A stretch of 64,000 nt of DNA from the NCBI GenBank assembly GCA_030141605.1, contig JAQGDQ010000011.1, positions 62,001 through 126,000 on the forward strand. Direction: 5' to 3'. Shown in pieces: positions 37,801-49,652 of the stretch. The position numbers and the translations under genes were made by a program. A model generated the notes under the pieces. It ran no database searches. It was not told the origin of the DNA and saw only the letters and a program-made list of their open reading frames with translations. The first letter of the stretch is position 1, and every line of letters begins with the position of its first letter. Origin of the DNA: Tubiluchus corallicola (Eukaryota > Animalia > Priapulida).

Positions 37801-40518
37801 GATAATAGTGTATTTCAGCATAAGCAAGCCAGCAGCGATTATATCTCTATCAGTTGGAAGCGCATAGTGGATCAAATCATTTTTGTTGAAGGGGTAATGT
37901 ACGAAACTTTACCGAAAAAACTGTAATTTCTTTACAAAAAAGGCAATTGCTCAAACGAAATGGTTTATTAACATTTAAAAAGCTTTCAGGCCACTAACAA
38001 TGATACCAACAAGCAGATTGTTAAGTTTAACAACACACAAAAGCAACAATAGATTAATTATAATCACTAAGTTGTAGCTGATTCATTGATAATTACTACT
38101 AAGTAATTAAGTAGCTAAGTACAAGTACCTAAGTAACATAGAAGTCTGGGAGACAAGGTGGTGTGGTGGTAAAACACAAACGTTTTTGACTCGTAGCTCG
38201 TGTTCAGGTCTAAGCTTGTTATAACTGAATGTTAATTGCTAAGGTAACGCATTTAGTTGAAATGCATCAGTGGTTGTTTTTATTTGCGAATATAGATGAT
38301 TATAACTTATTTACTGCCACTGAATCCTAACAATCGGGTACCAGACGGGCATATGGAAAGGCGAACCAGTCTGATTTTTGCTGCCCGTCTAAACACTACT
38401 ATAAAATATTGAAAGGGAACATACTATTTTTTCATGAATGACTTGTGTGAAAGAATTGTTACCGTAGAAACGTAATTTCGTGTGGCTAGTTCTTCGCTGT
38501 TACATGCATTTCACTAGTTAGATGGGCACTAGTGCCGCCTGCATCAGTGGTAGTTTTTATTTGCTAATATAAATGATTACAATTTATTCATTACCACTGA
38601 ATCTTAACAATCGGGCACTAGCGCCGCCTGCATCTCGGAACCACGCACAAAGACAGGTGGTGTACCTCTCAGTTCAGAGTTGTTCAGTTGTGATGTCATC
38701 ACTAGTTGGGCTTGCCTGTCGATAATTATGTTTTTAACCTGTTAATTAATTATTGGAAACGCTTTAACATTATTGTAAATGTTAAAATGTATACTTTTTA
38801 CCCTACTTCAAAATAGAATAGGATATGAAAAATTATCCTTTATTCTTTTTATGCAGAACGGAAACATAGAAGTAGAACGCACAGTTTTTCTTCCTTTGTC
38901 TGCGAAGACTTATAAGTTGACATTGTATAAGCTTTTTTAGTTGCCTGTCAGTCCATAGGTGATTGAATGCTGGTATCAGTCTGCTGGTGTCAATTTGTAG
39001 ATAATTGAATCCTGGTGTTATTGTGCTGCATAATTTAGTGCTGAGGGCATGTAATGTTCTCAGGTAAATGGTATTTCCGTCGTGTCAGAGAATTATAGAA
39101 ATAACTTCCCAATATATGTTTTAGTCATCCATTTTGAAGTCCAGTCCGATTAATTTAGCCGGTTGAATTGAGATCTTAGGAACCAGTGGTTACAAATTCA
39201 GGCGTTACTAATGTAGCTTAGTAATCCAGGGCCATCTTAACACATGGGCAGTTGCCGGGGGCCCATGTTAATGTATATATGTTGTGACTTTTTGTCAATA
39301 CTACACTATATAAATATTTGTTATTGTGTTACACGTGGACATTGGCATTCGCCTCTCATTTAGTATCACAGTCACTTCTGCAACCTCACGTGCATGTAGT
39401 AAAAACTTAACGTAAAACTTATTATATGTGTGCTTATTACGTGTACGGATCTCATGCGCTACGTAATGTAAAAGTGTATACGTTAGCGTCACTTCAACTC
39501 ACTTGACAGTTAATAGCATTGTGTTGATTAGTCATTGCTGTACAACATGCTTTTTAATGTTTAAACACTGATTTTGTTGGAAGTACTAATACCATCAATG
39601 TGAGTTTAATTTTACCAACCATTTACATTTTTATTCCTGCGAGTTGTTGCATAGCTAGGGGCCCCAGTGTACTCATTTGGGGGTTATCGTACAGTTAAGG
39701 TGACCCTGTATTGATCAGCTTACAGACCAGCATAGTTTAATGGTCAGCTAAGTGACAAATGCAGCTTACTGACCAATGCAGCTTAGTGATTAGCATACTG
39801 ACCAATGCAGTTTAGTGACTTGCTTACTGGCCAATGCAGTTTAATGGTCAGCTTACTGACCAATGCAGCTTAGTGATCAGCTTACTGACCAGTGCAGCTT
39901 AGTGATCAGCTTACTGACCAATGCAGCTGAGTGACCTGCTTACTGACCAATGCAACTTAGTGACTTGCTTACTGACCAATGCAGCTTTGGCTTGCAGAAA
40001 AACAAGGCTTAGACAGAGTAAGTGTACAGGCAGTGAAAGGGTCATTTTAGCCTAACAAGACTAACTGTGTCAGTACTTTAAATTTAGGGAAGTTGAATTC
40101 ATTTCAGACAATGGAATTGGTAACAGCCTCAACTTAAATAAATGTATCATCAATTCTCATTTCATCGAATGAAAGCTAATATACAAGCCTGTTTGGTTTA
40201 TTTTATTATGTCACATTTTGTTGTTTTTTTGTATTGTTGTAGTTGTTTTCGAGTTTTAATGTGTTACGTGTAAATATTATAATTGTGTTTACATGTATGA
40301 TATGCACTACATCTGATTTGTAATAAAGAATCAAATCAATGCAGTACTACTTACTCTAATTTTGAAATGAAATATTTTGCATGATAAAGACTGAAATGAT
40401 TGTTTTGCCCTTTACCTTTATTTCAGACAAGGAGTTGGTAAGAGGCTGTTATCGTGTGAAAGCTGTTGACTATTGGAGGAGACCTGGTCAGACGTCTCCA
40501 CCCGTTTGTCATTTCTGA
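22873..40518 (+). CDS. IDUA: Alpha-L-iduronidase (GH39), about 646 aa
   Basis: 15 frame-consistent exons totalling 1941 nt: 22873-23021, 24327-24467, 26114-26310, 26741-26836, 28065-28267, 29222-29322, 29848-29926, 31026-31272, 32071-32161, 33734-33843, 34512-34633, 35681-35800, 36478-36554, 36909-37024, 40427-40518. Signal peptide, [35 protein letters not shown] (acid/base), [16 protein letters not shown] (nucleophile), SNDN, QRTL, C-terminal YRVKAVDYW. Confidence 0.96.
23345..23420 (+). mobile_element. tRNA-derived SINE head or tRNA-like relic
   Basis: Box A-like GGTGGCCTAGTGG and box B-like GGTTCAAATC at tRNA spacing, but no intact cloverleaf; weaker similar heads near 9890 and 38157. Confidence 0.45.
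24090..24286. repeat. Dispersed repeat (hAT-like end), second copy at about 37600-37801
   Basis: Shared aaacttgtatgtgaagtt...gaactgaaa-ttga-gtgtgtg...taatgc-tgagagttgg-aggtctg between the two IDUA introns. Confidence 0.7.
24685..24960. mobile_element. hAT-like MITE
   Basis: TIR CAGAGATGTTACCGAAACT vs AGTTTCGGTAACATCCCTT; degenerate 8-bp flanks cctactgc/gctattgt; internal ccgaaa repeats. Confidence 0.65.
25207..25266. repeat. Perfect 28-bp tandem duplication
   Basis: ttaatgtatatgtttcaaggttggatta x2. Confidence 0.85.
25800..25970. repeat. Degenerate (ATC/ACC/ATT)n trinucleotide repeat
   Basis: catcatcatcaccaccatcac...; produces the spurious Ile/Thr- and Asp/Asn-rich ORFs. Confidence 0.8.
28285..28890. 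repeat. About 350-bp tandem duplication built from shorter sub-repeats
   Basis: ggttaaacacacactaa...gatgacattgtgtgtaa...tagtcaattgtaaatag-actgatctttagta at about 28425 and 28774; sub-repeat tgtgaaattgt-ataactgatgtaatg-ttcaaggtcaa. Confidence 0.85.
33038..33361. mobile_element. Tigger/pogo-like MITE
   Basis: Imperfect TIR CAGGTAGTCATCGACTTAC vs ATAAGTCGACAACTGCCTG followed by TA. Confidence 0.55.
35062..35657. repeat. 99-bp minisatellite, about 6 near-identical copies, in an IDUA intron
   Basis: gaagcactgcag recurs at 35083, 35182, 35281, 35380, 35479, 35578 (period 99). Confidence 0.95.
39227..39708. mobile_element. hAT-like MITE
   Basis: TIR CAGGGCCATCTTAA vs TTAAGGTGACCCTG; 8-bp flanks tagtaatc/tattgatc (6/8); subterminal gggccc motifs. 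Confidence 0.7.
39714..39986. repeat. 29-bp minisatellite, about 9 copies
   Basis: Consensus cagcttactgaccaatgcagcttagtgat (17+12 sub-structure). Confidence 0.9.
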
Positions 40519-40703
40519 ACACATTGACAGGTTGTCTCTTTTTCAAGAATCGCGAGTTCAGATTTGTCAGAAAGCTGCAAGATCAATTCATTTGCAGCGG
40601 GAGCCAGACGATTTATATAATCTGTGTAGGAATATTGCCGATTTTCTCACAAGCAGTCGCTGCTGTACACCAGTATAAAATATAAACTGCATGCATGCAT
40701 TTA

Positions 40704-41168
40704 CCGTATTTTCCCATGTATAAGAGACCCTTGTGTATAAGAGACCCCTTCAATTTTTAGGCAAAAATTCTGGAAAAAAGTTTTTTGGTAATGAATAACT
40801 TTATTCATCTCGTTGACCTCTGCCGACGTATCAATGACGTCGACGGGCATGCAGAGAGCTTATGCAGATGCGTTGATTGGCTGCAGAACAATCGATTTCT
40901 CTCCAATACCAAAGAGGCATTTAAAAAAATAATAACTTACCCGGTACATTAATTTTATCATTAGAATTTAGTCATGGAGAAGATTTATTGAAAAGAAACT
41001 ATAATTATTCGAAATAAAACAGTTGTAGAGCACTTATTTCTTTAAAATCATTAGTGTCACAATTTATGCATCTTATTGAAAAGACTTACTCCCATGTATA
41101 AGAGACCCCCTATTTTTAAAGTGAAAATTCTGAGCAAAAAAGGGTCTCTTATACATGGGAAAATACGG
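40704..41168. mobile_element. Tc1/mariner-pogo-type MITE with perfect 27-bp TIRs and TA TSD
   Basis: TA|CCGTATTTTCCCATGTATAAGAGACCC ... GGGTCTCTTATACATGGGAAAATACGG|TA; extra subterminal TGTATAAGAGACCC copies near 40734 and 41095. Confidence 0.9.
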
Positions 41169-42465
41169 TAATATAAATGATTATACTGCACAAGTGCAGT
41201 AGTGCACGATTCCACGGTAGTACATTCTTCGATTGTGGCTTAGATCCGTTTGGCACCGATTCATGTGCAAAGCACAATACCATACGTGCTTACATGAACT
41301 CGTTTTTTTACACTATCACGCAGTCTTGCCTTGAAACTAATGTTTCTTCTAGACAACAAAAACAATGTATAAAGATCTTGTGCTTGTTTTTAATGATCTT
41401 TTTATTTAAAGATCCGCTCCTCAAGTGTAGCTTAACATGTTTTTAGTTTACCTTCACATCAGCTCCATTAGCACTGGAATAGTGAAAATTTTAAACAAAA
41501 AGTATATGTAATCTGATCACAGGAACTGTTTTACAGAAATTACAGTTACATCGAAAAGACACTATCGCTGCGGAAATGATACTGCTACACATTTAGCTTT
41601 GTTTTAACCTTCAGTTTGAAATTTGTTTTGGAAGAGGAGCCTTGTAGCAGAGAATGGGTAGGATCTGCATTTGGGGATCGGCTAATTTCAAGCATCTCTT
41701 TTGGAGTGTCTACAGATTTAAATTAATGCTATTCATGGTGCTACTGATGTGAAAGCAATGACAAGGCATGTGAATGTGATAATGTCATAAATGTCTTTCA
41801 TCACCGTAACTGAGGCAACTGAAAGGCTTGAGAGCCGTACAGCGTTATTACCTTACTACAGGGTTCACATAAATGCCACATCTGCTAGTGTGGTTCTAAG
41901 ACAGTTATGAGTAAAACAAGAAAAAGAGAAGCTAGGTACAAAGTTGACCTGAGTTGTGATTTTTTTACGATTTTTTTTTATTTAAATTATGCAAATCAAG
42001 TCTCCGATGTAGTGACACTAGAATTTGTGTATTATACGCACATTGTAAATCAATCATTGCACACAGGTATTTTTCATTTCTTCATAGTCTGTGTTACAAT
42101 CTAGTATGCTTACTAGCTACTAAAAGCATTTTAATAATAAAAATCAAAGATGCTGAACCTAGCTATCGTCGACACTTACCTAAATTTCACTAGAATTTAT
42201 TCTCGATTATATTTATGCCACTGCGTATTTATCACAGATGATATGTATGAGATAAATGATTGTATACAGACCTGTTATCATATTGTTAAAAAATATATTT
42301 TTGTATCTTATTCAGATTTCTTATTTTCTATATCTGCCTTAAATAATTCACTTATCACATTATTGCAAAATTTGGTCCATGTAAACTTCCTATTTTTCCC
42401 CATAGGGAAGGCATTTACAAATACTTATATAGAAATTTTGGTGTTTCGCTTAAAAGTTTTAAAGA

Positions 42466-45400
42466 CTAGATCTCGTGTTGTGAGTACTGATCAGCTCTGA
42501 GTGATTTAACCCACTGTAGCCGTCGCCCATGAAGGGTAAATTGTGACCACACTATCAATTGTATTAATCCACATGCTATAGGAACGTATACCAGCAGTGC
42601 AAAACAACCCTCTCTGTACAGTTTTGCTTGTGAATCACCAAGATCGTCCATTTGCCTCTTTATGCTCCCCGTAGTGTCGCCAGACTGAAAAATATCGTGG
42701 CCTGCAAAAAGAGAAGCAACTTTATAAACTAATTAACAGGTTAATTTTGTGCACACATATTCATGCCTCCTGTGGCAAAAAGCCAGCGGTCTAGTTTGGG
42801 CTGATCTGTTCTTTTAAAAATGTGCTATTAAGCAAAACAATGTATTGAAACATAGAAATATTGCAAATGACAGAAACACGGGCTTTTTTGGAGCACGCTG
42901 TCTAATAATTTGCATACTGTACAGTGATGGCCCTACCATTAAGGCAAACTAGGCAGTTGTCTATGGCGCCAAATTTTGGAAATAGTTCTTTAAATGCACA
43001 AGCAGCACAACATTAATTAAATTAAACGAACTAATTGCGTTATTTTCCTGTCAAACTGTACGGGTCATAAATGCTAGTGTCTTCTTAACAGCAAAAACTG
43101 TATTTTTGCTTTATCAGGTTTTCTGAGATTATGTCATTTGCCTTGCAATTTCTATTGCAAAAAGCTGAGTTATGTAATTCCTTATAATAATGACCATTTT
43201 GTTAATAAATAAACTCTTAAAATAGCTTTTATCTAATTATGGCAGATAAACGTATTAGAATCGAAGTCTTTGAGAGCGGAATACAGAAAACGAAAGGTGA
43301 GTGAACAGCAAAAAGATTCTGTCAATGAAGTATCTGCAACCAGACCACACTTACGGTTGTGAAGATGATGAAGCTAGTGAAATAGATGTATAAGTGAAAA
43401 AGGAGTTAGGGTTTCGAAACTGTCTGATGAAAAGGCTGAGGGAAAATCAAGACAAGAATAGCTAAAATTGCAGACATTTTTGATTGCTCCTGAAGACCCA
43501 GGACATAATGGGATCATAAATTCAGTTTCAGATTCAATCAATACAAACTGTAAATAGGTAATTAACTACAGTTAATTAGTGCACTATAACACAAGTATAA
43601 GATAACACTTATACTTTATAATTTATTATACGAGAAAAATAAATTTTGGGGGTGTGGCCAGGACCGTGAAGGAATCAAGAGGTTGACTGTTGAGGAGGGG
43701 CGCTAAAAATACTTTTGCCTAGGGTGTCCAACTACCTAGAGAGGGCCCTCATACAGGAGAGACTTACCTGTATGTAGTACCAGTAACCAGGTGCCAATAA
43801 GAGGTGCCAGAGTTTGACCGGGCTTGCTCAGCAAAGCAGAAGTTCCGAAAACGAGAGCCGACACGGCCTGTTTACGCTTGTTTATCACAAAATCTTCATC
43901 CACTAGATCAGTGATGACTAGATTAAGCAGCTTACACGTTCCCTCGGTGAAAATGCGATTGCTAAAATAAAAATAAAACATGTTGGAGGATAAGCCTTTT
44001 TGCAATTTCAGCGATTGATGATGATCGTGAAAAGGTCAAAGGTTAAGTGTACCAGACAGCACCTTGCAGCCCAAGCTATGTAGTAACAGTTTTAACAGCT
44101 AGCTAGAAGCTTATTTAGTTCATTTTTTCCTGTTTCCAAGCAAGATCCTGCTAGTAAATCACTAATGCATAATTAAATAAAGTCCACATAAAACAACTGA
44201 AGTTACTGAAATGACATGGCAGATAGCTTTATTTTACTCATGGGTCACGTGATGGTTTGTGGTTAAGACGGGTACACTTAACTTTTGGCCTACAGCAACT
44301 ACGCGTGCACACAACAAAACTGTGAAAAGGTTTATTAAACACAGTTGACAGATGAATTTAAGTTAAACAACATAAAGAGCATGTCACAAAAGGCTAAAAA
44401 TGCATGAAAAACACGAAGTACACTTAAAAGCCTAAAAAATTGATTTTGAACAACTGTAACTAGTATATAGTACTCTTTTCTTTTCCTTTTTCTTCCCCTT
44501 TAAAGAATTTTTGGGCTTCTTACCTTGCTATAAAAATGCACAACAAAGCCATATTATCAGATCCCACCATCAAGATTAAAAAGCTCAGCACTAACTTTAC
44601 GATAAACAGGAACTGTACCACTCTATATGCGCCAAACCTAAAAAAAATATATCAGAAAATGATTGTTTAATGAACACAAATGCGTCGAATCAACAAAGTG
44701 GACTAAGAGTACTCGTATGCTTTACAATTATGTGCACTTACTTATCACATCAAGTCATGTGTGTTCTGGCGCTTCTTAACAATAATAAAAAAACATACAG
44801 CATGAAATCCCAACTTGTTTGCTTAATTTGCAGATTTTCAAAATATGATTCAACAGAAAAAAGGACGTGATAGTGACACACTAAAGTGTACTTTGCTTCA
44901 ATCAGTATAGCACTAAGCAGCAGAAACATAAGCAGTCAGTTAGCATTTTCCTATATTTAATCGCCCAAATACAGGAGAGCTGGAAAAAACAGCTATTTGG
45001 AAATTCCAAATAAAATGCTATGCCTATAAATGCCACTATGAAACAGCAAGACACTTAATGCAGTTCTGTGCTATTGCACTTTAGTTCACATTGCCAAGAG
45101 ACAGTGGAATATGCAATTATTAAACTCAGTAGGCAGATTTTTGCGTTCTATCTCTTGTGGCGCGAAGAAATTTGATTTCGTGATTTTTATAATTCCAAAT
45201 CCATGAAACTCATGAATGGTGGTGCTGACAAGCCACTGGCATAGCAGTGTTTTAGTTTTTTTGCTATGTGTGTTTAACTACTGTGTTTAACCGACTTGAG
45301 GGCAGAGTTCTTTTATTTTAGAACTCCAAACCTACAAAATCTAAGTATCTCAATTGTTAGCAAACTTTAAGGCATGACAAGCTATAGACATCATTAAAAT

Positions 45401-48400
45401 AGTATATAATTGAATTTATAGCAAAAAACAAAAGGTTGAATAATGTGGAATTATGGTCATTGTGTGTTCCCTGTTTACGGGACACATTATTAGATACTGT
45501 GGGTACATTAAAAAATACTGAAATTTCGCACAAATTTGGAAGCTATCTATGATAGTTCGAAAATGTCACATGACTTGCATCCCATCCAGTATATGCAGTT
45601 TAAAAAACTGGAGTGTTTTTATTACCTTTTGCACAGAGACAGAAAGTACAAGTTGTTGATATGAGGAGCGGTGAAAGACAGTCCGAGGAGCAGCGATGCA
45701 CCTAGAGGAGAGACGACTCCCATCAATAGGTTCTCCAAGAACAATGGGAAAAAGTTACTGTTGAAATGACAATGAAAAACCTGCAAAACAATACAAACTA
45801 GTTAATAGTTCCTGGGTTTTTAATCTTCATTTCAAAAGTAAGTAAATTTACTTTAGTGCAAATATACTTTGAAATGCTGGAATGGTTGATGAACTATTAC
45901 CATTGAACTAAAATCTATGATCACAAGTAGTGTCAGGTCTAGTTGACTAGTAACCCAAGGATCACCAGGACGAAATTCACAAAACAGAGAAACTACAAGA
46001 GACAATGTTCACCCTTATCAAGTTAATATTCCAAATATAACTCAAGGAAATCTAAAAGAATTTATTGAAGAAAGAAGATTCTGTTAAGCAAATAACTTAA
46101 CCTGCTTTAAATTAAGATGAACAGCTTATTATAATATCGCTTTATTATATACTACGTTATACATTGTAATTTAATTTTAATATTATATTAAAAAATACTT
46201 GCAGATTCATTAATTAGTGTGGCACAGTTTATATAGATACTTTTGCTTATCAGTATGTAACATAGCAACACAATCTATATGTACATTCATTTATTAATAG
46301 CTACATTCCCTATATGTCATTTCTTCCTCCTGAAGCCTCTGTATCAGTGCATACTGTGGCCAAAGGCTACTTGTTTTTCTGCCAATAAAAATATGGTTAT
46401 AAAAAAATAAAATCAATTTTTGCCCGTACCAAGATTTAGTCACATATCCAATATATGCTGTTACCCTTCCGTCTGCATACGTTTGTATCTGCCTCTCCCT
46501 GGATAAATTTATTAGACAGTGTGTTTACACTACTGTTTAACTGTAAAACAGCTTCAAGTATAAATTTAATGTAAGTTCAACTGAAAGTAATTTGCGCAGC
46601 TTAAGAGAGTTCAATGGTGCAATTCAATTTAGTATGACATTTAATTTATGGCGGGTACAAACAACCAACGCTTAAAATGTAAGAATTAAATCCAGCCTGA
46701 AATTTTATACAGTAGTAGTACTGTGTATATTGTGTTTTCTTATAATGCAAGACAATATAGATAAATATTTCAATCATTAATTTAATGCTAATGGAAAAAT
46801 GTGCACAAAACGCACTGCTAAAATAACTTTGGTTGTTAACAATTAATGTTAGTTAGCTAAAAGATGGAAAATTAAACAACTTGAACAAGACAATAACAAC
46901 ATATAGTACCAATAAAAATTGTGAGCTTCTAAACAGAGGTTTGCTGACTAACAAATCCATTTCATCATGCTTCATGATAAAGCCATTTTGCAGGTAAATG
47001 AGTGTCTATATGCAATACCAAATATTAAGGGAGATAAGTCAGCTGACAGCAAGCAAGATTGTAATATCTCAGTAATAAAGAAAGCCGAAGCTAATCTGAA
47101 GGACACAATCTTAGACTATAGCTCAAAACAATGTAATCTGTAAAATATTGAAAGGGTACAAATTGTTTTTTCAAGAATTATTACCGCACAAACCCAATTT
47201 TGCCTTTGTGCAGTTAGTTCTTCACTGTTACACGCATGTTCCATTCCCTAGTTAGATGGGCACAAGTGCCTGCACCCTGGAAATGATGCTGCAGAACTCA
47301 GCTCATATGTTGTTCAGATGTAATGTACTGCACAAGTTGGACAACTCACACCTGAGCACTGTGGTAAACTTGAAATTTAAATTTTACACTAACAATTTGT
47401 AGAGTTTTTTAATACCACACTGAATATTGTACAGTAGCACTGTACTTCTATTTTTGCTTTCGGAAACATGTGCAACACGCTCGTGGAATGTTTTGTGCTG
47501 TTGAAAATTATGTTCATTTCTGACATCATAACTAGCTGTCATTAATTAAGTTTTTAACTTATTATTTAATTATCAGGAACGCTTTGGCAAAATTAATTTA
47601 TAGGTGTTAAAATGTATACTTCTTATCGTACTTCAAAACGGGGTAGGCTACGAAAAATCATCCTGTTTTCCTTTAAATAAATCAATCACATCACCTACCT
47701 GTACAAGGTTCATAACAGCAAAAAGCAGAAAATTTCGATGCTTCAGCACTTCCTTGATGTAACTTCTTAACTCCATCCAAGAAGCTGTTGCCATGTCAGC
47801 TTCACTTTTCCTAAAAATAAAAACATGAAGAATTCATTTTATTCGCGAGTATTTACAATAAACAGGGCTAACCGTTTGAAGCTTTTCAACTTTACAATGA
47901 ACTTGGGAGCCTAATGGCTTGTTCACATAAGTCAACACACATCCTCCTGAGCTGTATACATTAATGTTAACTTGCCTTTTTGTTAGTGTGTTTGCTAAAC
48001 CGTCATATTTTGACTCGACAGTAATGCTAATCTAGTTTTTCCCATTTAAGTTGCAACATACACAACCCGAATAGCTTGTTATTATACAAAAGACAAAAAA
48101 CAGTCGTTATTGTACATAAGACACATGTATAAACGAAAATCATTTTTAAAAGACTAGAACACATCATAGACGCTCCTTCACAGCTTCAATTAACTTTATA
48201 AGAAACTCTGTAATCAGTATATAAGCAATAAAGCATTCTAAAGTGCAAGATACGTAACTGGCAATTTATTTGAAAATGGTAAGATAGACGTGTTGAAAAT
48301 GCATGAAGAAGCAAAAACTTTAACAAAACATAGTCGGGTGACTGAATTTGCTTTACCTCAAATCTTGCGACACTTGTTGCGTTGGATACAGTTCCGCATA

Positions 48401-49012
48401 ATGATTTCTGAGGAGTCTAGTACAAATGACGAAGCCAGCAACAGAAAATATTGCCAAGCACAAGCAAAAAACTTGAAAAGTGATGAATCGTTCTCTGTTC
48501 CACGCCAGATACGATAAAAATACAGACACGGATCCCACAGCACTGAAAAGTGAGCTGTAGTAGTTCAACTGTGCACGACTATGAGTCGACACGGCCAAAT
48601 CGGCTAACAAAGAATTATGCTGTAGGTCCACCACCGTCATGAAACCGTCGTATAAACATAAACACACGACAAACTGCAGTCCCGGATAGGCCCACAGAAA
48701 CCACATGGCCAGAAATGATAGTGCAAACAACGGCCCACTTCTGCTTAGTAAAGCTATACGGTTCGAAATGACATCCGTAATGTCCAAATGATGGTTCTTC
48801 TTCAGGTATCCTTTGTCACTCAGCCAGCCGAACAGCGGGTCATTGAACGAGTTCCAAAGAAGGAAGATGATTTCTCCCAGCCAGAAAGATGTCTTGTCGA
48901 TCTTGAAAACGGACAGAAAAGTCTCGATGTGATAAAGCAGAAAGACATTGTGGATGATTGTAGTGAAAAGTGCCAAACTTCCGTAAGCAACACTTACTTG
49001 TGTCGATAGCAT
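42466..49012 (-). CDS. MFSD13A: MFS transporter MFSD13A/TMEM180, about 488 aa
   Basis: 6 frame-consistent exons totalling 1467 nt: 49012-48357, 47810-47699, 45780-45626, 44637-44524, 43961-43768, 42701-42466. Motifs [83 protein letters not shown]. Confidence 0.95.
42922..43750. mobile_element. Probable degenerate hAT-like non-autonomous element in the last MFSD13A intron
   Basis: Left end ggccctacc...aggcaaactaggcagttgtctatggcgcc mirrors right end ggggcgc...ttgcctagggtg...gagggccct. Confidence 0.4.
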
Positions 49013-49652
49013 GGCTCAAGACGATGTAATGTTTGCACTATGACTAATTTAACACTCAAGAATAATTAATAATTCATTGGACCTCCAAGCATTTTAAATT
49101 TTATTTTTTCACAGCACACGTTTAGCAGTTGATGTAGAAACAAATGAAGAGAATGTGTTGGTTAAGAGTTGTGGTAAATCGGTAGAGTTCTGTTGGTCAG
49201 GTGTATTGATTGAGGATTCTTTCTAAATACAAGCACCTGAAAAAAACTAAATGTTGTGTTCTCATTTATTTATACAGGGAGCACACTATGCAAAATCTGT
49301 CTGACACAATTGTCGGACACAGATCTTTATTAAGCGTGCTTATATTTCTGTGTCCAAAAAAGTCACCCTGCTCAAGTTGCTAAATATTTTTGCTTGTTTT
49401 ACTGCTAATATTTTTAACAGCTTTCGCATTTCGTTGGGTTTTGAGTTGCTTTTTTTATTATTACTTTATTACATTTTGAATTATTGCTTTGCTGAATTGT
49501 TTAATGATTTGTTACCTATTCATAACTTTGCTACTATAATTTTGCTCGTAAATGGATAGAACACAACAATTATTTTTATTGCTTACCCATATATTGTCAT
49601 TTGAGTATTTGAATTTTCTTGCGAGCAAATGCTACTAATGTAACTTACACCA

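Noticed and set aside
40732-40745. TGTGTATAAGAGAC matches 14 nt of the Tn5 mosaic end (Nextera adapter)
   Set aside because: It is part of the TIR and subterminal repeats of a TA-flanked MITE and continues CCC, not AG. Probably coincidence rather than adapter contamination, though trimmers might clip reads here.
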